From an uncultured bacterium (GTDB lineage: Bacteria; Cyanobacteriota; Cyanobacteriia; Cyanobacteriales; Chamaesiphonaceae): DNA of 64,000 nucleotides. This document shows positions 29,181-38,370 of this stretch, piece after piece (position 1 is the first letter of the stretch; each line of letters starts with the position of its first letter). The notes beneath the pieces were generated by a model that was not told the origin of the DNA, did no database searches, and saw only the letters and a list, made by a program, of their open reading frames with translations. A program made the position numbers and the translations under genes. The DNA lies in contig CAXTSX010000013.1 in the NCBI GenBank assembly GCA_964247085.1, positions 5,889 through 69,888 on the forward strand, in the 5' to 3' direction.

Positions 29181-30425
29181 CTAATTAGGCGGAGTATTCC
29201 AAACCACTACAATTGTTCCTGATCCATCCTTGGCTGGAATAAGATTTAAGTAACGAGCAAATCCCCCTTGCCGAACTTCATAGAGATTTCCACCGCCATA
29301 ACTACTTTTGGGCGTAACTTGAAAATTCCCCTGCTGTAAACTGCCCGCAAAAACACCGCTGTAAGCTGCATCCGGGTTTTGTCCGCCAATAAATCTAATA
29401 CTGCCATCAATGCCATTTTTGACTTGCTTCTCTAGAAATCCTTTTTCATCTTGCCCATACTTATCGTGAAATGCTTTGGGATCGGGCAATTTCTCATCGG
29501 CATTGTCGCTTTGCTGGAAAGGCACCCGCCCTAGCGCCGCATCAAAAGCATTTTCCTGGGCGGATGCTACTTCGGTATTTCCTAAATTATCTGGTAAAGG
29601 TTTCTTACTTTTAACAATAATCGTACCTTTACCGCCTTCAAAGATCAGAGTTAAATACTCAGTAACACCACCTTTACTGACTTCGTAGACTTTTTTGTTA
29701 TCTGTGTTAGTGGATATATTTGATTGGTAACTTTTCCCTTTAAGTTCATTGTCAAAAAAACTACTAACTTGTTTAAGGTCATCAGGAGTTTGTTGAGCAA
29801 CCTTCTCGATCGCCTTGAGATCAAAAGCACCGGTAGTAGCATTGGGATATTTCGGGAAATCGCTGAAGGGCGTATTTAATGCTGGCGATTTCTGAGCAGC
29901 GGGGGTTGCGCTCGGTAAGGGTTTTACAATTGCTTTAGGAGAAACTTTTGGACTAGGTTTAACACTAGCTAAAGGTTTAGGCGAAATGCTAGGGCTTGGT
30001 TTAATAACAGGGGCTTTACTAGATTTTGGCTGAGGAGAAACACTGGGACTTGGTTTAATGGTAGGAATAGATTTAGGTGAAATTGCCAACTGCGGCAATT
30101 TACTGGCAGATGGTGATGGCGTGGGAGAAGGACTAGCGATCGATTTAACCTCCGGTGACTTCAGCGATGCCGATGGGGACGGCTGAGGAGTTACTGGACT
30201 AGGAGCCGCAGCGCTAGGACTCGTTGTTACTACTTCGGTTGGTAACTCCGTCAGCTTAACTTTTTCTTCTTTCGAGATCGGCGGTGCGGACTGCTCATGA
30301 ACGCCCGCTAGCGGTATTAACAAAAGTAGTCCGTGCAAACCGATCGATATTAAAATGGCCGGCTTAAGCAAGCTGCGCCAAGAAAATGAGTTACTAGACT
30401 CATCAAGTATTTGAAGATTAGCCAT
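29181..30425 (-). CDS. TonB-like membrane-anchored Pro/Ser-rich protein with a duplicated, non-TonB C-terminal module
   Basis: The TM helix carries the SxxxH motif (LISIGLHGLLLL). A ~130-aa spacer has KPSPSxSPxP-type repeats. The C-terminus contains two related modules: ..VYEVSKGGVTEYLTLIFEGGKGTIIV and ..LYEVRQGGFARYLNLIPAKDGSGTIVV. ATG at 30425 preferred to TTG at 30476. Confidence 0.5.
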   Translation of the reverse strand: MANLQILDESSNSFSWRSLLKPAILISIGLHGLLLLIPLAGVHEQSAPPISKEEKVKLTELPTEVVTTSPSAAAPSPVTPQPSPSASLKSPEVKSIASPSPTPSPSASKLPQLAISPKSIPTIKPSPSVSPQPKSSKAPVIKPSPSISPKPLASVKPSPKVSPKAIVKPLPSATPAAQKSPALNTPFSDFPKYPNATTGAFDLKAIEKVAQQTPDDLKQVSSFFDNELKGKSYQSNISTNTDNKKVYEVSKGGVTEYLTLIFEGGKGTIIVKSKKPLPDNLGNTEVASAQENAFDAALGRVPFQQSDNADEKLPDPKAFHDKYGQDEKGFLEKQVKNGIDGSIRFIGGQNPDAAYSGVFAGSLQQGNFQVTPKSSYGGGNLYEVRQGGFARYLNLIPAKDGSGTIVVVWNTPPN

Positions 30426-30770
30426 GAGAGTTATAAGTACACAGTAATTAATAAACGGGATGGAGCGAGCATCCAATTACCTGCGGTAAAAAGTCTTTGC
30501 TATCGCTCACATGAAACCAATATGTAGTGTTTTTTTACTACAGGTATAGTTGGCTAGAAAATACAAGCTTAATATATTTACCGACTAGCATTTTAGATCA
30601 AATACGACAAGTCTACATCTAAAACATTGCGCTAAAACTCTCAAAAGAATGTGTATACAATTAACGTCCTTTACAACTCATGTTAACAGTTGTTTTCCAA
30701 GAAAAACCCTTAGCTTAACGCCCTCAAATAATAGCAGGTGAAACACCAAAGAATTAGGATTTCACCAGAA

Positions 30771-30820
30771 TTTAATCTTGTTAACTATAACTTAACCTTT
30801 GTTTTACTTACTCTTATCTA
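30771..30820 (+). promoter_or_regulatory. Candidate Pho box array upstream of pstS
   Basis: Octamers GTTAACTA (30780), CTTAACCT (30791), TTTTACTT (30802) and CTTATCTA (30813) are spaced exactly 11 bp apart, with TTTAATCT at 30771. They resemble the cyanobacterial PyTTAAPyPy(T/A) direct-repeat Pho box (from memory) and lie 90-140 nt upstream of the pstS ATG. Confidence 0.45.
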
Positions 30821-30909
30821 GTGAGAAATACTATCTACCCTAGGCATGTCTAAACGCATTTCTAATCTACATATTTACAGACAGTCCTTTATCTTTAGAT
30901 TTTATACCC

Positions 30910-31956
30910 ATGATAACTACCAAGTCTTTGTTCAAACTACAGAAACTTATGCCGCTCGCTTTAGCTGGCATGAGCCTCTGCTTAATACCAGTTTTAGCCC
31001 TGGCCCAATCAGCCTCTTTGACTGGTGCTGGTGCAACTTTCCCAGAACCCCTCTACCAAAGATATTTTTCGGAATTTAAAAAGACTACCAACACTGATGT
31101 TCGGTACAACGGCATTGGTAGCGGTGGCGGTATCAAACAATTTATTGCAGAGACTGTAGATTTTGGGGCTAGTGATGCGGCAATGAGCGACACTGAGATT
31201 CAACAGGTCAAAAAAGGAGTTGTCATGGTGCCAACTGCTGGTGGAGCAGTGGCGGTGGTCTACAATGCACCCGGAGTTTCCAACCTAAAGTTGTCTAGAA
31301 CTACTCTGCCAGCTATTTTCAGCGGTAAAATTACCAAGTGGAATGATCCAGCGATCGCTAAAGATAATCCTGGTGTTAGTTTACCTGGTAAATCAATTCG
31401 TTTAGCCGTCAGAGCCGATAGTAGTGGTACTTCCTTTATCTTTACTAACCATCTCAGTGCTGTCGATCCAGGCTTCAAGAGCAAAGTAGGAGCTACTAAA
31501 TCACCCAACTGGTCAGGCAATACCCTCAAAGGTAAGGGCAATGATGGGGTCGCCGCTTTGGTTCAGCAAACAGAAGGTTCGATCGGTTATGTCGAAGCTG
31601 CATTTGCCAAACAGGCTAAGCTACCAACTGCGTTGGTGCAGAATAAAGCTGGCCAGTTTGTGCCACCTTCCTTAGCAGAAGCCAATAAAGCCATCCAGTC
31701 AGTTAATTTCCCTTCTAATTTTCGGGTTTTCGAGGGCGATCCCCAAAAAGGCTATCCGATTACCGGCCTAACTTGGTTGCTGGTCTACACTCAATACGAC
31801 AAGAGTAAAGGCGATGCAGTGAAGAAGTTAGTAAGTTGGATTTTGACTGATGGCCAAAAGCTAAACGCTTCCTTGGAGTACACCAAAATTCCTGATTCCG
31901 TAGCAAAGAAAGCAATTGCAGCGGTTAACAGTGGTGTCAAAGTTGCTGGTAACTAG
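30910..31956 (+). CDS. pstS: Phosphate ABC transporter substrate-binding protein
   Basis: 348 aa, signal peptide, GAGATFPEPLYQRY, SGTSFIFTNHL. Confidence 0.92.
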   Translation: MITTKSLFKLQKLMPLALAGMSLCLIPVLALAQSASLTGAGATFPEPLYQRYFSEFKKTTNTDVRYNGIGSGGGIKQFIAETVDFGASDAAMSDTEIQQVKKGVVMVPTAGGAVAVVYNAPGVSNLKLSRTTLPAIFSGKITKWNDPAIAKDNPGVSLPGKSIRLAVRADSSGTSFIFTNHLSAVDPGFKSKVGATKSPNWSGNTLKGKGNDGVAALVQQTEGSIGYVEAAFAKQAKLPTALVQNKAGQFVPPSLAEANKAIQSVNFPSNFRVFEGDPQKGYPITGLTWLLVYTQYDKSKGDAVKKLVSWILTDGQKLNASLEYTKIPDSVAKKAIAAVNSGVKVAGN

Positions 31957-32057
31957 CATTTTTTGCAGGTGCTAAAAGCTGGGGGATTATTGTGACATGT
32001 CGATCGATCCCCCCACTTCCTGAATACAATTTGCTCCTAATTCAAACGGTTTAAGTC

Positions 32058-33014
32058 TTGATCACAGAAAGCGAACACGACAACTATCTCCATACCAGTG
32101 ATGGCTTCTCTGAATGGTTAGCCCGTTTATTTGGCTATGTCGTTCGGGGCGCAGCCCTCGTAAGTTTATTGCTGCTAGCGTGGCTGGCCACAATTGTCTG
32201 GCAACAGGCACAACCGGCTCTGAATAAATTTGGTGGAGGTTTTCTTTTCAGCCAGATTTGGAATATTGGCGACAGCGTATTCGGAGCAGCTCCTTATCTC
32301 TATGGCACGATAGTTAGTGCCAGCATTGCTCTGGTGCTGGCAGTGCCGATCGGCATCGCCGTGGCTATTATCACCAGCGAAGATAACTTGTTACCCCCCA
32401 AGTTGCGCACCGTCTTAGCTTTCATGGTTGAACTAATTGCGGCCATCCCCAGTGTCATTATTGGCTTATGGGGAATCTATGTGATGATTCCGGCGATTAA
32501 GCCCTTTCAAATGTGGCTCTATGAACGCTGGCAATGGTTACCATTTTTTAATACCGAACCGAGTGGTCCGAGTATGTTAGCGGCAGGTTTGATTTTAGCT
32601 CTGATGATTCTGCCCACGATTGCGGCCATTAGTCGTGATATCTTAGTCACTGTTCCACCAGAATTAAGTAGTGCTTCACTGTCTCTAGGAGCTACTCGCT
32701 GGGAAACTATCTTAAAAGTCAAATTGCCAGTAGCGGTGGCTGGGATTATTGGGGCGGTGATGCTGGGCTTGGGTAGGGCGTTGGGAGAAACGATGGCCGT
32801 CACGATGGTTATCGGTAACTCCGCCCAGATTAATCTTTCAATATTAGATCCGGCCTATACCATTCCGGCAGTGCTAGCCAACGAGTTTGCAGAAGCTCTT
32901 GATCCACTGCATATCGGAGCCTTAATGTATCTGGCTCTGATCCTGTTTATATTGACGCTAGCTGTCAATATGCTGGCCTTGCTATTAGTCAAATTAGTGG
33001 AGAGGCATCAGTAA
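32058..33014 (+). CDS. pstC: Phosphate ABC transporter permease PstC
   Basis: 318 aa, multi-TM, EAA-like loop LGATRWETILKV. Position in the pstSCAB order. TTG start. Confidence 0.9.
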   Translation: MITESEHDNYLHTSDGFSEWLARLFGYVVRGAALVSLLLLAWLATIVWQQAQPALNKFGGGFLFSQIWNIGDSVFGAAPYLYGTIVSASIALVLAVPIGIAVAIITSEDNLLPPKLRTVLAFMVELIAAIPSVIIGLWGIYVMIPAIKPFQMWLYERWQWLPFFNTEPSGPSMLAAGLILALMILPTIAAISRDILVTVPPELSSASLSLGATRWETILKVKLPVAVAGIIGAVMLGLGRALGETMAVTMVIGNSAQINLSILDPAYTIPAVLANEFAEALDPLHIGALMYLALILFILTLAVNMLALLLVKLVERHQ

Positions 33015-33016
33015 TT

Positions 33017-33967
33017 ATGGAAGATGATAGCTACGTTTACAAGCCTCGACCAGACTATGAAATGCTTCTCCAGAAAAGGTATTGGGGCAGCCAGTTGTTG
33101 AATAAGCCACTACCATTATTACGTAATCTGCTTAGTTGGCTTTTTTCCGGATTTGTATATTTATGCGCAGTTTGTGCGGTCATTCCGTTATTTTCCATTT
33201 TGTGGACAATCGTCCGACGAGGTCTGCCAGGTTTGAAATGGACAGTACTAACTGCAATTCCAGCACCGGTGGGAGTGACTGATGTCCCAGATGGGTTTGG
33301 TAACGCCATTATGGGGACGTTGATGATTGTTGGGGTATCCAGCCTGGTGAGCATTCCCCTAGGAATTTTGGTGGGCATTTATTTAGCCGAATTTAACCAG
33401 GGCAGTTTGTTCGATCGCTATTTAAATAATACAGTGCGTTTTGCTCAGCGGATTCTGTCCAGTATCCCATCGATTATTATTGGCGTATTTGCTTATGGCG
33501 TAATTGTCTTTACTACCAAAAAGTTTTCGGCGTTCGCAGGGAGCTTTGCTTTGAGCATTATCATGTTGCCGATCGTTGCACTGACGACTGAAGAAGCGAT
33601 GAAGCGAGTACCTAACAACCTCCGGTTAGCAGCAGCTTCACTAGGCGGCAATAAATTTCAAGTCACAAGCCAAATTGTACTTAAATCGGCGTTGAATGGG
33701 ATCACTACCGGCTGTCTGTTGGCGATCGCCAGAGCTGCGGGGGAAACAGCGCCGCTGATTTTCACCGCCTTGAACAGCCCCACCTGGCCAGAGGGTTTAT
33801 TTGCGCCTGCTCCGTCCCTGCCAGTTTTAATTTTCAAGTATGCTAGTTCACCCTATGATGTCCAGAAAAATCTAGCTTGGACAGCAGCGTTGGTGTTGTT
33901 ATTGCTGGTGTTGATTGGCAATATGGCCTCCCGGTTTTTCGTCAATCGTCGCCTTGTTTCCAAATAA
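33017..33967 (+). CDS. pstA: Phosphate ABC transporter permease PstA
   Basis: 316 aa, multi-TM, ARAAGETAPLIFTA, 2-nt gap after pstC. Confidence 0.9.
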   Translation: MEDDSYVYKPRPDYEMLLQKRYWGSQLLNKPLPLLRNLLSWLFSGFVYLCAVCAVIPLFSILWTIVRRGLPGLKWTVLTAIPAPVGVTDVPDGFGNAIMGTLMIVGVSSLVSIPLGILVGIYLAEFNQGSLFDRYLNNTVRFAQRILSSIPSIIIGVFAYGVIVFTTKKFSAFAGSFALSIIMLPIVALTTEEAMKRVPNNLRLAAASLGGNKFQVTSQIVLKSALNGITTGCLLAIARAAGETAPLIFTALNSPTWPEGLFAPAPSLPVLIFKYASSPYDVQKNLAWTAALVLLLLVLIGNMASRFFVNRRLVSK

Positions 33968-33993
33968 ATTCAGCACATCTATAGTCCAATTCC

Positions 33994-34845
33994 ATGACCA
34001 GCAAAATGTTTGATAATTTCTCACCAGATACTGACGATATCTTAGATAACGAAGAGTTCGATCGACAATCTCCCGATTTTCCGGTGATTCAAGTTCGGAA
34101 TTTTAGTTTTGCCTATGGTCAGAAGCTAACGTTAGATAATATATCGATCGACATTACTCAGCATCAAGTTACGGCCATTATTGGTTCCTCGGGCTGTGGT
34201 AAATCGACCTTTCTAAAGTCGCTGAACCGAGTGGCAGAGCTAGAAGGCAAAGTCCAGATCAAAGGAAAGATCGATTTTCTGGGTCAGAATATTTACTCCC
34301 GGAATGTCAATGTGAATCGCTTACGACGACAAATCGGCATGGTTTTTCAGCGGCCCAATCCATTTCCCATGAGCATTTACGACAATATTGCTTACGGAGT
34401 TAAATTAATCAAAAGATTTTCTAGAAGTGAATTAGATGAAATTGTGGAGTTGGCTTTAACAGATGTGGCACTCTGGGAAGAAGTGAAGAATACCTTGGGG
34501 AAATCGGCGCTAGATTTGTCTGGTGGTCAGCAGCAGCGCCTATGTATCGCCAGAGCATTGGCCGTCCAACCAAAAGTATTATTAATGGATGAACCCTGTT
34601 CAGCACTCGACCCCATTTCTACTAGTAAGATTGAAGATTTGATCAACGATCTAAAAGCTAAATTAACGATCGTAATGGTCACTCACAATATGCAACAAGC
34701 CGCCCGAGTCGCCGACTATACGGCCTTCTTTAATACCGATGAAACCCGCATTGGTCAACTAGTAGAGTTTGGCAGAACCGAAAACATCTTTGGCATGGCG
34801 ATCGATCCAGCCACCCGCGATTATGTCAGCGGGCGGTTTGGCTAG
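33994..34845 (+). CDS. pstB: Phosphate ABC transporter ATP-binding protein
   Basis: Walker A GSSGCGKST, signature LSGGQQQRLCIARA, Walker B LLMDEP, C-terminal YVSGRFG. Confidence 0.95.
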   Translation: MTSKMFDNFSPDTDDILDNEEFDRQSPDFPVIQVRNFSFAYGQKLTLDNISIDITQHQVTAIIGSSGCGKSTFLKSLNRVAELEGKVQIKGKIDFLGQNIYSRNVNVNRLRRQIGMVFQRPNPFPMSIYDNIAYGVKLIKRFSRSELDEIVELALTDVALWEEVKNTLGKSALDLSGGQQQRLCIARALAVQPKVLLMDEPCSALDPISTSKIEDLINDLKAKLTIVMVTHNMQQAARVADYTAFFNTDETRIGQLVEFGRTENIFGMAIDPATRDYVSGRFG

Positions 34846-34897
34846 TTGATACTTGCCCTGCCACCAATTCATCCATCACCTAATCAGGAGATATTTT

Positions 34898-35803
34898 ATG
34901 CCAGCAGCAGGAAGATATACGGTGTTAACCGGTGAGTATCAAATCCGTAATTCCAAGGGTCAACAGCCCCGTCCCGATGGCGATACGATCAAATTTGTAG
35001 TGGATAGTCCCAAAGCTGTGAAAAAGCTCACTCGCTTTGGTGGGGTTGCCCCCGATATTGGCAAAACCGGTGGAATCAAATTGCGGCTGGAGGTGATTGA
35101 TACTTTAGAAACTCATTATCCGACCAATCGTGGTAGAGGTGAGGAAGTCCGACAAAGGTTGGATCTGGCTAATGCTGCTCGTGATGCTCTGGTAGAATTA
35201 CTAGGATTTACTAATGTGGTATTCAACGAAGACTCCACTGTGAAATCAGCAGATAGTTTTACGGTGCGGGGTTTTATCCTGGCTAGTGGAATAGAAAGAA
35301 ACGGTCGAGTAGTGGGTTTTGCCTACGCCGGAGAACAGCCTCCGGCTAATGATCAGCAGGTTATTCGCTTAGAGCCTCAATTGATGAACAGCTCGGCCAA
35401 CATCCAAATATTGCAGCAAGGATTAGCCTATGCCACTTTGTACCAAACTTTACCCTTTGAACTAATTCAAGAAGCCCGTAAGATTGCGGGAGAGGCTCGC
35501 GATCAAGCAGCCGGAGTCTTTGGTGCTGAAGATATTGGGGTTGATAAATTTGCCCAGGTTGCCGATATAGATGCTTTACAAGAATTGGTAGTTATGCCGA
35601 AGTTATTTCGTCGGCTGGCCGATTTCTTAGTCACTACTGGAGATACTTTGAGCGAATTTGATGCCTGGATTCGTGACAATGGCAAAGACGACTCCTTGCT
35701 ATTACCCAGCGGGGAAGTTGGGAATCTGCATGATTTGTATGAAGTGAATAATAACGAAATTGGCCTGCGTGTTCAGCCTGAAGATGTTCAGTTCTTGGAC
35801 TAA
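34898..35803 (+). CDS. Staphylococcal-nuclease-like (thermonuclease family) protein with a C-terminal extension
   Basis: PDGDTIKF ... IKLRLEVIDTLET ... GRVVGFAY ... QGLAYATLY parallels SNase DGDT / RLLLVDTPE / GRGLAYIY / QGLAKV. The ATG is preceded by AGGAG at 7 nt. The gene lies 8-50 nt after pstB on the same strand. Confidence 0.6.
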   Translation: MPAAGRYTVLTGEYQIRNSKGQQPRPDGDTIKFVVDSPKAVKKLTRFGGVAPDIGKTGGIKLRLEVIDTLETHYPTNRGRGEEVRQRLDLANAARDALVELLGFTNVVFNEDSTVKSADSFTVRGFILASGIERNGRVVGFAYAGEQPPANDQQVIRLEPQLMNSSANIQILQQGLAYATLYQTLPFELIQEARKIAGEARDQAAGVFGAEDIGVDKFAQVADIDALQELVVMPKLFRRLADFLVTTGDTLSEFDAWIRDNGKDDSLLLPSGEVGNLHDLYEVNNNEIGLRVQPEDVQFLD

Positions 35804-35834
35804 CTTAAAATCTTCTATTAATTAGCTGGACATA

Positions 35835-35864
35835 ATTAATATTTTATTAGTAATCACTTAACCT
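35835..35864 (+). promoter_or_regulatory. Weak candidate Pho box upstream of the alkaline phosphatase gene
   Basis: ATTAATAT (35835), ATTAGTAA (35846) and CTTAACCT (35857) have 11-bp spacing. The last octamer is identical to one in the pstS array. It is ~270 nt from the start codon, in very AT-rich DNA. Confidence 0.25.
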
Positions 35865-36128
35865 GTAAATGATATTTTCTAGAAATATTCGATATTTCTT
35901 TAAATCTTTGCTTTGTGACGGGTATTTTATTTCATTAGTATTTCACAAAAATAATTAAATTGGCATTAGATTAAATAGCTATAAAGTTAGTATTTTTTAG
36001 TTCTTTCACTACATACAGGATGAAATAAATCAATTGCCTCAACCTTGATATCAGCGACAGCTGTTTAAGCAGCGCTGGAATTGACAGACTTGTTAACTGC
36101 TTATTTAGTGGAAAATTAGGTGGAGATT

Positions 36129-38300
36129 ATGGGAAATAATACTAACGATGCAAATGTGGCAGCTGGTACTAATACCCAAGCAGCTAAGAATACGATCATC
36201 ATGATTGGTGATGGCATGGGCTGGGAAATGGTCAGAGCCGCTGCTATTGCTAAGCAAATTGAGGCTGGTGCTCCAGGCAAAACCCTCAACGATTTTTACA
36301 CAGCAGGCACTGGTAGTGGTCTCAACTTACAAAAGCTAAGTGGTTATGGTTTGGCAACCACCTATGGTACTACTATTGCCGATGAGAAAGGGGTCTTTGG
36401 GACTGGTAATAGTGCCCTCGATAATAGTAAGCCAGATACTGGTGAAAGCTCATTGCGATCGAACTTCACTTTTGATCCTACTTTTAACCCTGGGAACAAA
36501 GCTAGCGGTGGTGCCCAGGTTAGTGACGGTGCCAAAGGGAATTTGGTGGGCTACGATCCCGCTAGAGGTGGAGTTAACCCCTGGACACCTGGCTCTGACC
36601 CAGAATACATTAAATATAGTTATCCAGACTCTGCTAATACAGCTACTACTCTTTATACCGGTGTCAAAAGTTACAACAACGCGATCGGAGTAGATATTTT
36701 CGAGCAGCCCCTAGATTCAATCCTCAAACAAGCCGCTGCAATCGGCAAGTCTACTGGCTTGGTTACTTCGGTGCCGATCGATCATGCCACCCCCGGCGCA
36801 GCCGCCGCGAATGTCAATCGGCGGAATAAATACGATGCGGACTACCCGGCTCTGGACAATATTTTGCAACAGGAATTGCGCATTTACCAACCAACGGTAC
36901 TGTTGGGTGGTGGACACCCTCTTTCCACTCCCGGCGATCCTCTACCAGCTGGAGTAGAACCGAAAACATCTAACGAGTTCATCGGCAAAGCTACTTACGA
37001 AGAGCTGAGTAAAAATAGCCAGAACAACATCTACGGCTATAATTTTTTGGAGCGAGGTGAAGATGCTGCTAGTAAACTAGCAACAGCTGCCAACAGCCTA
37101 GACCCTGAAAAAGGCGATCGGCTCCTCGGCCTATATGGAGCAAGAGGACAAAATGGTAACTTGCCAGTCAGTTCGGCTAACGGTGACTACAGCACAACCG
37201 GGCTAGATATGTTCTCGGTGGGCAGTAGTAAAGGTCTGAAGCCCGACACCCTGCGACCACTAGACCCCGGCGAAACCGACCAACAGTTTATTGCGAGAGA
37301 ACGCAATGAGAATCCCACGCTGGCCGACATGACTACCGCTAGTCTCGACATGCTCAGTAAAGATCAAGATGGTTTTTGGCTGATGGTGGAAGGTGGTGAT
37401 ATTGATTGGGCTGCTCATGATAACAACATTGATAACATGATTGGTGCCACTCTCGATTTTGATAAATCAGTGGGCAAAGTTGTAGATTGGATTCAGAAAA
37501 ATGGGGGTTGGGATAAAAATGAATTAATCATCACCGCCGATCACGACCACTATTTGAACCTAAACACTAACTTCCCTGAACTGTTGCGGACTCAGGGAGC
37601 AGAGAAATTAACTGAACTTGATACCAGCCAAGAAGCTGGCCATTACTGGGGTTCTAAACCAGAAGTCGGCAAACTAGCCGATGGCAAAGACGATCCCGAA
37701 TCGGGGAAGTATGGTTGGGGGAATCACAGTAATCGACCAGTTCCGGTCTATTACCAAGGAGCCGGAACTCAAACGATCTCTCAATCCGTAGGCCAGGGTT
37801 TTGAGTCCTATGGCCAAAAAATTCCAGGTATTCCGGGACTATTAGATGCAACGCAAATTTATCAAGCACAGGCCACCGGGGTTTTGGGTAAAGCAGAAAA
37901 AGAAACTAAAACGGGTAGTCAAAAAGATGATGTTATTAAGGCATCAGTTAACGATCGATTGTTTGCCGGGGTTAATGACTCGCTATTTGGTAACAACGGC
38001 TCAGATCAACTTTATGCTGGTCGGGGTGGTAACACTCTGTATGGTGGCGCTGGTGCTGGTGCTGACAACTTCAACTTAGCCAATGGCAGTCTACCAGATC
38101 AAGCCAATACGGTGGCTGATGATCAGCTCAATGAAGCCATATTGAGCATCTTGGGAATTACTGATGTTAATGATTTCAGCAAGTTAATGTTGTCGCAGCA
38201 GGGAGCTAATACCCTGCTCAAGATTGGTAACCAAGATGTAGCCAATTTGGATGGAATTAAATTTGATAGCTTGCGGGCTAATAATTTTACCTTTAGCTAA
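36129..38300 (+). CDS. PhoA-family alkaline phosphatase with a C-terminal RTX-like Ca-binding repeat tail
   Basis: MIGDGMGWEM and PDSANTATTLYTG (active-site Ser region). DIDWAAHDN. The C-terminus has GNNGSDQLYAGRGGNTLYGGAGAGADNF. ATG at 36129 follows GGTGGAG. Confidence 0.85.
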   Translation: MGNNTNDANVAAGTNTQAAKNTIIMIGDGMGWEMVRAAAIAKQIEAGAPGKTLNDFYTAGTGSGLNLQKLSGYGLATTYGTTIADEKGVFGTGNSALDNSKPDTGESSLRSNFTFDPTFNPGNKASGGAQVSDGAKGNLVGYDPARGGVNPWTPGSDPEYIKYSYPDSANTATTLYTGVKSYNNAIGVDIFEQPLDSILKQAAAIGKSTGLVTSVPIDHATPGAAAANVNRRNKYDADYPALDNILQQELRIYQPTVLLGGGHPLSTPGDPLPAGVEPKTSNEFIGKATYEELSKNSQNNIYGYNFLERGEDAASKLATAANSLDPEKGDRLLGLYGARGQNGNLPVSSANGDYSTTGLDMFSVGSSKGLKPDTLRPLDPGETDQQFIARERNENPTLADMTTASLDMLSKDQDGFWLMVEGGDIDWAAHDNNIDNMIGATLDFDKSVGKVVDWIQKNGGWDKNELIITADHDHYLNLNTNFPELLRTQGAEKLTELDTSQEAGHYWGSKPEVGKLADGKDDPESGKYGWGNHSNRPVPVYYQGAGTQTISQSVGQGFESYGQKIPGIPGLLDATQIYQAQATGVLGKAEKETKTGSQKDDVIKASVNDRLFAGVNDSLFGNNGSDQLYAGRGGNTLYGGAGAGADNFNLANGSLPDQANTVADDQLNEAILSILGITDVNDFSKLMLSQQGANTLLKIGNQDVANLDGIKFDSLRANNFTFS

Positions 38301-38312
38301 AAAATAACTGAG

Positions 38313-38339
38313 CAGGGCGGACAACTCGCCCTGTTTTTT
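38313..38339 (+). terminator. Intrinsic terminator after the alkaline phosphatase gene
   Basis: CAGGGCG-GACAACT-CGCCCTG followed by TTTTTT. Confidence 0.7.
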
Positions 38340-38370
38340 CGGCAATTGTAATCGCTGCAAATCCATTTAA

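Noticed and set aside
29890-30230. Degenerate short DNA repeats that could be mistaken for a VNTR or CRISPR-like array
   Set aside because: They sit inside a long ORF and simply encode the KPSPSxSPxP spacer of the TonB-like protein. There is no repeat-spacer regularity.
30846-31079. 77-aa ORF overlapping the pstS start
   Set aside because: It is out of frame with pstS, covers the pstS signal-peptide region and has no family features. The pstS frame is clearly the coding one.
36089-36107. Second Pho-box-like pair CTTGTTAA/CTTATTTA just upstream of the alkaline phosphatase start
   Set aside because: The cores are poor (TTGT, TTAT), and the pair sits directly over the ribosome-binding region, too close to the start codon for an activator site.
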